DNA from: Octopus vulgaris
Taxonomy: Eukaryota
DNA: 64,000 nt
Direction of reading: 5' to 3'
Assembly: GCA_951406725.2 (NCBI GenBank)
Contig: OX597832.1
Span: 58,962,001 to 59,026,000, forward strand
The translations under genes and the position numbers were made by a program. Positions 57,654 to 64,000 of the stretch are shown piece after piece (position 1 is the first letter of the stretch; every line of letters starts with the position of its first letter). The notes below the pieces were generated by a model that saw only the letters and a program-made list of their open reading frames with translations, ran no database searches and was not told where the DNA came from.

Positions 57654-58402
57654 TGAAATCATGGGTACACTAGGACGAAAACAAAACAAAATATATCTTC
57701 GCTGAATTACCGTTATTAGATTTCCCTATTTTTTACATTATTATTATTAATTCCATATTATTTTTATGGCGTATTGACATATTTAACGAAAGTACCTCTC
57801 AGCAGCCGACATTTTATTTTTTCCTCACGCACATTGTCGTCTGCTTCATTCAATCAGCGCCCATCTTGAAAATGTATTCAGCTCTGAAGGAACAGAATCG
57901 CAAGAATACTGTCAGTTGTGAAACACTTGCACGGTTTTGACCAAATTATTATGTAAGAAGACTTAACAAAAATTCTTTACTATTTCCTCATTTTTACGTT
58001 CTCTATTACACAAACCGTCAATTATTGATGGTGAGGGTAAAAAAATATTTGCTTACAAAGATATAATTTTCGCTGCTTGATTACATAACTAAAGGCAAGA
58101 GAGTGTGATTAAGTATGAGTTCAGGTTGCTTAGAACGGTAGTAAAATGTACACCAGATGTACACCCATACGCACACACACACACATTTACACATACATGC
58201 ACACACATAGAGACACATGTATTGAAATACACAAACACACACAGACACACATGATCCTACACAAAAATTTACATAATATTTATGTACATATATGCATACA
58301 CATATATTTATATTAAATATATACATACATATAAATATTTCAAAATCACATGCATACGCACGTACAAACATATCAGAATGTAAGTACTTACGAGTGTATG
58401 CA

Positions 58403-58441
<39 letters not shown>

Positions 58442-58470
58442 TAGCGTATATACGCACACTCACGCACTGG

Positions 58471-58511
<41 letters not shown>

Positions 58512-58931
58512 GGGCGTAAATATAACTATCTCTGCCTATGTATATGTACGTGTGTGATTACTTATTGTGTGAAAGAGCTATGCATGTTTGTATGTGAGAA
58601 AGAGAAAGAGAAAGAGAGAGAGAGAGAAGGAGGGAAAGAGTGAGAAGAAGATGAGGAAGGTGAAAAGAAGGATATAGAAAAGGATAGATATTAAGGGAGA
58701 AAAATATACAAGGAGTTTTGCAGATTGAAACAATGTTGTAGCATTACTTCTACATTTATCGAAAAATAAGGATTTTTATCTAGCAGATATTTTTGGAACA
58801 CCTACTGAAATTATAATCTTGGCAAATTTCTTATTACATATCTGTATGTATGTATATGTATATGTGTACACATACATACCTATGTTAAATATCCATATTT
58901 ACATACATCGATATATGTGTATATTATATAT

Positions 58932-58984
<53 letters not shown>

Positions 58985-59251
58985 GTGATATATATATTTA
59001 TATATATATATGCATATATGTTTGTGTATGTATGTGTACGCTCAGCTCTATGAAAACGACGTTGAAAAAACAAAATATTCACAACGTACCCTGACGCTAA
59101 GAGAGATTCTTTAAAAAAATTCGGCATATCTAATGTATAGACATATAAATACATAGCCACGCTAATTACATATACATATAATTGTTCAGGCACACACACG
59201 TACATACATACATACATACATACATACATACATACATACATACTACATAAG

Positions 59252-59332
<81 letters not shown>

Positions 59333-59354
59333 ATACATATGACGACGATGATTG

Positions 59355-59780
<426 letters not shown>

Positions 59781-60115
59781 TTTCTTCATTACTAGTCACA
59801 TGGTCGAACACATGGCAGGTATATAAGATGCGCGTCGATGAAAATATTCATCGTTGATATAACTAAGCGTTACACACAAAAAGTGTCTGATATAATATTA
59901 ACGAATCAGTATCAGACCTTTTGCATTTTTTTCTTTTATGCAAAATGGAAAACAAAATTGTTTTTCAGATAGAAGCGACACTTCAGTGGCTATTTTTTTT
60001 CTTTTATTTGTTTCAGACTGCGGCCATGCTGGAGATTGTCAAAATGATGTAGACGTCTCTGATGAGAACCCAATAATTTCCGAAAGTCGATTAAGGGTGT
60101 TCGTTACTATTTATA

Positions 60116-60236
60116 GGCGCAGGAGTGGCTCTGGGGTAAGTAGCTTCCTTAACAACCACATGGTTCCGGGTTCAGTCCCACTGCTTGGCACCATGAGCAA
60201 GTGCTTTCTACTATAGCCTCAGGTCAACCAAAGCCT
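60116..60236 (+). mobile_element. SINE family A 5' part
   Basis: GGCGCAGGAGTGGCTCTGGGGTAAGTAGC..GGTTCAGTCCCACTGC. Confidence 0.85.
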
Positions 60237-61321
60237 GTGTGTATGTATATGTTGACAGAGTGAACACTACACCTGCACATATCTCCTCGTAACTGTGTGT
60301 GTGTGTATGTATATATATATATATATATATATATAAACCAGCTTAGAGAAGAAGAAGAAACGAAACGAAACCCAACGAATCGAATCGAATCTACGCGAAG
60401 GCACTCAGTCATACAATAGTGTAATAAATCAAATATATGCATACATACAAACATATATGTACGTACCTACATCTACATGTATATATACATGAATATATAA
60501 ATAGATATACGTGTGTACAGGACACCACAACTAGACGTAGAACTCAACGAGAAACGAAAACGTAAAAACAACGAAAAAACAGAGTACAAGACAACTACAC
60601 AAGGAAAATCCCCTTCATCAGCCGTCCGTAGTTCAACTCCAGCGTGTTTCGAAGGTGAGGACAGAACACGTCTCGTCGAACAAATATAACGGGAAGATGA
60701 TTAAGCAGTTCTCTCGGACCGCTGCATTGTAGAACTAACAATATATGATCGAAGGCGAATTGCGGACACCTACCCTACAAGAAGGGCTCATGCGATATCC
60801 AACTTGAATTACCATAAATTAAACTGGAAATACAATAAATCTGCAAAGAAATCTACCAGCAAAACTGGATCAATTGACTCTCTACAAAACGCTGACCTAT
60901 ATCTGAGAGTTTATGCCAACAGTGCAAGCTATATGCACTAATTATATTATAAATAAAAAACTGGACAGCGTATCCCAGACTAAAATTTCCAGCGATAATA
61001 AAATGCTTAATGGGGCGCAAATCTCAAAGCGGTTCAGTAGGCAACTGCAGAATAAAGATGTCTAACCTAAGTCGGACGCTCCTAGAAATTGAAAGCTGAA
61101 CCAGTCTTCCCATGAAAAGGAAAGAGCAGAAGGAGAAAGAGAGAGGGGAAAGAGGGAGTGGGTAAGAGAAAGAGAGGGATGGAAGAGAGGAATAGGTGAG
61201 ATGAAGAAAGAAAGGGTGAGAGAAAGAGAGAGAGGGAGAGAGAGAAAGAGCAGCGATGAGGAAAGTATAAAAACACACCGTAAAGCTTTCTTTAAATGTG
61301 CAAACGAAACAGTAAGATTTC

Positions 61322-61611
61322 TAGTAAAGATTGTTTGCCAACATAACATGGCAGTCCTGGTTTAGGACAAATGTTGCTGTAACTTAGTCCCAGGAGACAT
61401 CGTCTCCATCTGGCTATACGACACGATCTGTGTCCGTATATTTTCGAAAAACGGAATGCAGCACCCCCACTCAGCTCAAAACAATATCTGTGTATAAGGA
61501 CACAGATCGTGTCGTATAGCCAGCTGGAGACGATGTATCCTAGGGCTAAATTACAGCAACATTCGTCCTAAATCAAGACTGCCATATTATGTTGGCAAAC
61601 AATCTTTACTA
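61322..61611. mobile_element. Fold-back/MITE with 119-bp inverted repeats
   Basis: Arms 61322-61440 and 61493-61611 are reverse complements with scattered mismatches; 52-bp spacer; TA at both outer ends. Confidence 0.85.
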
Positions 61612-61719
61612 TAAAGTATTGTTGCTGAATATCTCACATTGTGAGATTTAAAAATAGTAATTTTCTAGTCAGATTTCCGTACAAAACGAGATTCTTGTTC
61701 CAAGGAAATGTTAGTACAT

Positions 61720-62127
61720 AGGTGTCCGATGAAGACAAAGTCTGTGTCCTCCATGATGAGCGCATGTGATTCAGCAGTTGAAAGCTGGAGGAACACAGAC
61801 ATCCACAAATGTCACAGCGATAGTCTCTTGATTGGACTGAGGCGGATGCTGCACTGTAACGTCTTTTTCTGCGGCATCGAGACGATGTCACCCATACGCT
61901 TCGAAGGCAGCTGCTGCTCGCGAGGCGAGACACCTTCACCCTGATCGGTTCGAGTTCGAGTGGGCTAATTCCGGTCCATTTGAGGTTAATTGTCAGAGAG
62001 TTTTTGTAGCTCTATCTAGGTCTTCCACATTTGAGCAAGCTCTACATGATCTCGCCGTACAACAGCTGTCTGAGTGCACGGTTGCCAGCCATTCTGATAC
62101 CATGGCCTGTCCAGCGTAACAGGGACT
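61720..62127 (-). mobile_element. Decayed RTE-clade LINE 3' end with C-terminal Cys/His motif
   Basis: Minus strand: LLRWTGHGIRMAGNRALRQLLYGEIM*..GRPR (cf. LRWxGHVxRMxxxRLPKQLLYGEL..GRP) and YRCDICGCLCSSSFQLLNHMRS. Confidence 0.8.
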
Positions 62128-62809
62128 TCAGCAATTTTGACATATGTATGCATGTGAGTGTGTGTGTGTGTGTATGTGTCTCTACGAGAGGGAGAGAAAC
62201 AGAGTGTGTGTGAGAGTGTGTGTATATATATATGCATAGGTATACATAGGTACATATTTATACATATGTAGGTATATACACATTTATATATATATAAACA
62301 TATATTTATATGCATATGTATATATATATATATATGTGTGTGTGTATGTATATGTATACATATATATGTGTATACGCATGTATATAAACATATATATGCA
62401 TATATATAATGTGTGTATGCATACATATATGTATATATATATGAATATATACATACGTACAAAAACATGCACACACACATATGCTTATGTAAGTATGTGT
62501 GTATATGCGTATATCTGTGTGTATGTGCGTGTGTGTGTGTATATATATATATCCATATGTATGTACATATTTATACATATGTGTATAAGTGTATACACAT
62601 GCATATATATATATATACGTACAAATACATGCACCCACACATATGCATTTATGTATGTATGTATATATATGCGGATATATGTGTGTGTGCGTGTGTATAT
62701 ATATATATCCATATATATGTACATATTTATACATACGTATATATGTGTATACATATGTATATATATATGTGTATATATATATAATGTATGTATGTATGCA
62801 TAAATATAT

Positions 62810-62864
<55 letters not shown>

Positions 62865-62887
62865 CGTACAAATACATGCACCCACAC

Positions 62888-62918
<31 letters not shown>

Positions 62919-63599
62919 TGTATGTATGTATATACGCATGTATGTATAAGACTGTATATATTTATAAGTGGGAACGAAGCAGGAGACACGTTTATTCAGA
63001 AAACATTTTGATAACAGAAGCATTACAGTGATTGAGAGACAGAGAGAGACAAAACGGATTATAGTACTGCATAGAAAAAACAGGAAAGTGTGAAAAACAT
63101 TATGAAGCTCTCCTCAGAATATTCTCTAAAAATGTTTTTTGAATTGGACATTTGTACGAAATTTTCTTTAAAACATAAAAGACTCCAAAGAATTTACTGT
63201 CAGTGCTGTAAATATTTCTCACCTACCCAAAGAAATTTCGAGGACTTTATGAGACTGGATCTGTAGAATGTATAGTTATGTATTTACGAATTCAGACATT
63301 TTGGCTGCAATGTTATCTTACGAAGACAAATGAAGCTGGCGGTTGTTATCAAAAAATAACTGCATAACTGTGTTTATACTTGTCATCTGTTAAAGTCAAA
63401 AGAATTGTTTGGTGTGAACTATTATAGTTCCACCTGTTATTGTTGCTTCAGTTGTTGTTGTTTTTCACGGTGGTGACTGGTGGTGATGATGCTGGTGGTG
63501 CTGTTTTAACGGTGGAGACAGGGGTTAATATGAAACAGATGACGATGGATGTGATAGTGACAACTACAACGATAATTATGTCACAGACGGTAACATGTT

Positions 63600-64000
63600 G
63601 TCGACATGATGGCGGTAATGTTGATGATAACGGTGATGATGACGGTAAGTGGGGATGATGACGGTAATGTTGATGATGACGGTGATGATGGTAGTAATGT
63701 TGATGATGACGGTGATGATGACGGTAATGTTGATGATGATGATGATAATGATGATGATGACAAGTTTATGATGATGATGATGATGATGGTGGTGTTGATG
63801 ATGATGGTGGTGATGATGATGATGATGATGATGATGACGACGGTGGTGGTGGTGGTGATGATGATGACAAGGTTATCATGATGAAGATTCTGGTGAGGAT
63901 GATGATGATGATGATTGTGGTGATGATGATGACGATGGCAATGTTGATGATAATGATGATGATGTTCGTGATGTTGATGATCATGATGATGATGACGACG
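63600..64000. repeat. (GAT)n-rich tract with a ~30-bp higher-order unit
   Basis: GATGACGGTAATGTTGATGATGACGGTGAT occurs about 4 times, then degenerate GAT/GGT. Confidence 0.9.

Noticed and set aside
61760-61825. Host C2H2 zinc-finger gene exon
   Set aside because: It is contiguous with RTE C-terminal motifs that carry stops, so it is part of the LINE.

Overview
This is AT-rich, microsatellite-dense, repeat-saturated animal DNA with no intact protein-coding gene I can support. It is most likely cephalopod (octopus-like) intergenic or intronic sequence, inferred from the SINE types and microsatellite load. Almost all ORFs in the supplied track are artefacts of (TA)n, (CA)n, (TAA)n, (GATA)n and (GAA)n tracts. 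The real content is mobile DNA: several tRNA-derived SINE families (CORE-like and Meta-domain-like, the latter often multimeric); decayed LINE fragments (L1/Tx1, two RTE, R4/Dong-like in TAA arrays); three non-autonomous Helitrons; mariner- and hAT-type MITEs; and a fold-back element. A young Penelope-like element (PLE) reverse-transcriptase (RT) fragment lies between perfect 94-bp inverted repeats. The main pattern of interest is a set of unrelated short fold-back elements docked on (TA)n tracts that carry minimal hammerhead-ribozyme (HHR) motifs. One at 11740-11807 has a fully canonical core. One family joins a tRNA-like pol III head to an HHR-bearing tail, making it a candidate SINE-like non-autonomous partner of PLEs. 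Three isolated exon-like segments are weak candidates. Coordinates were read by eye and ends may be off by several bases. No database search was run.
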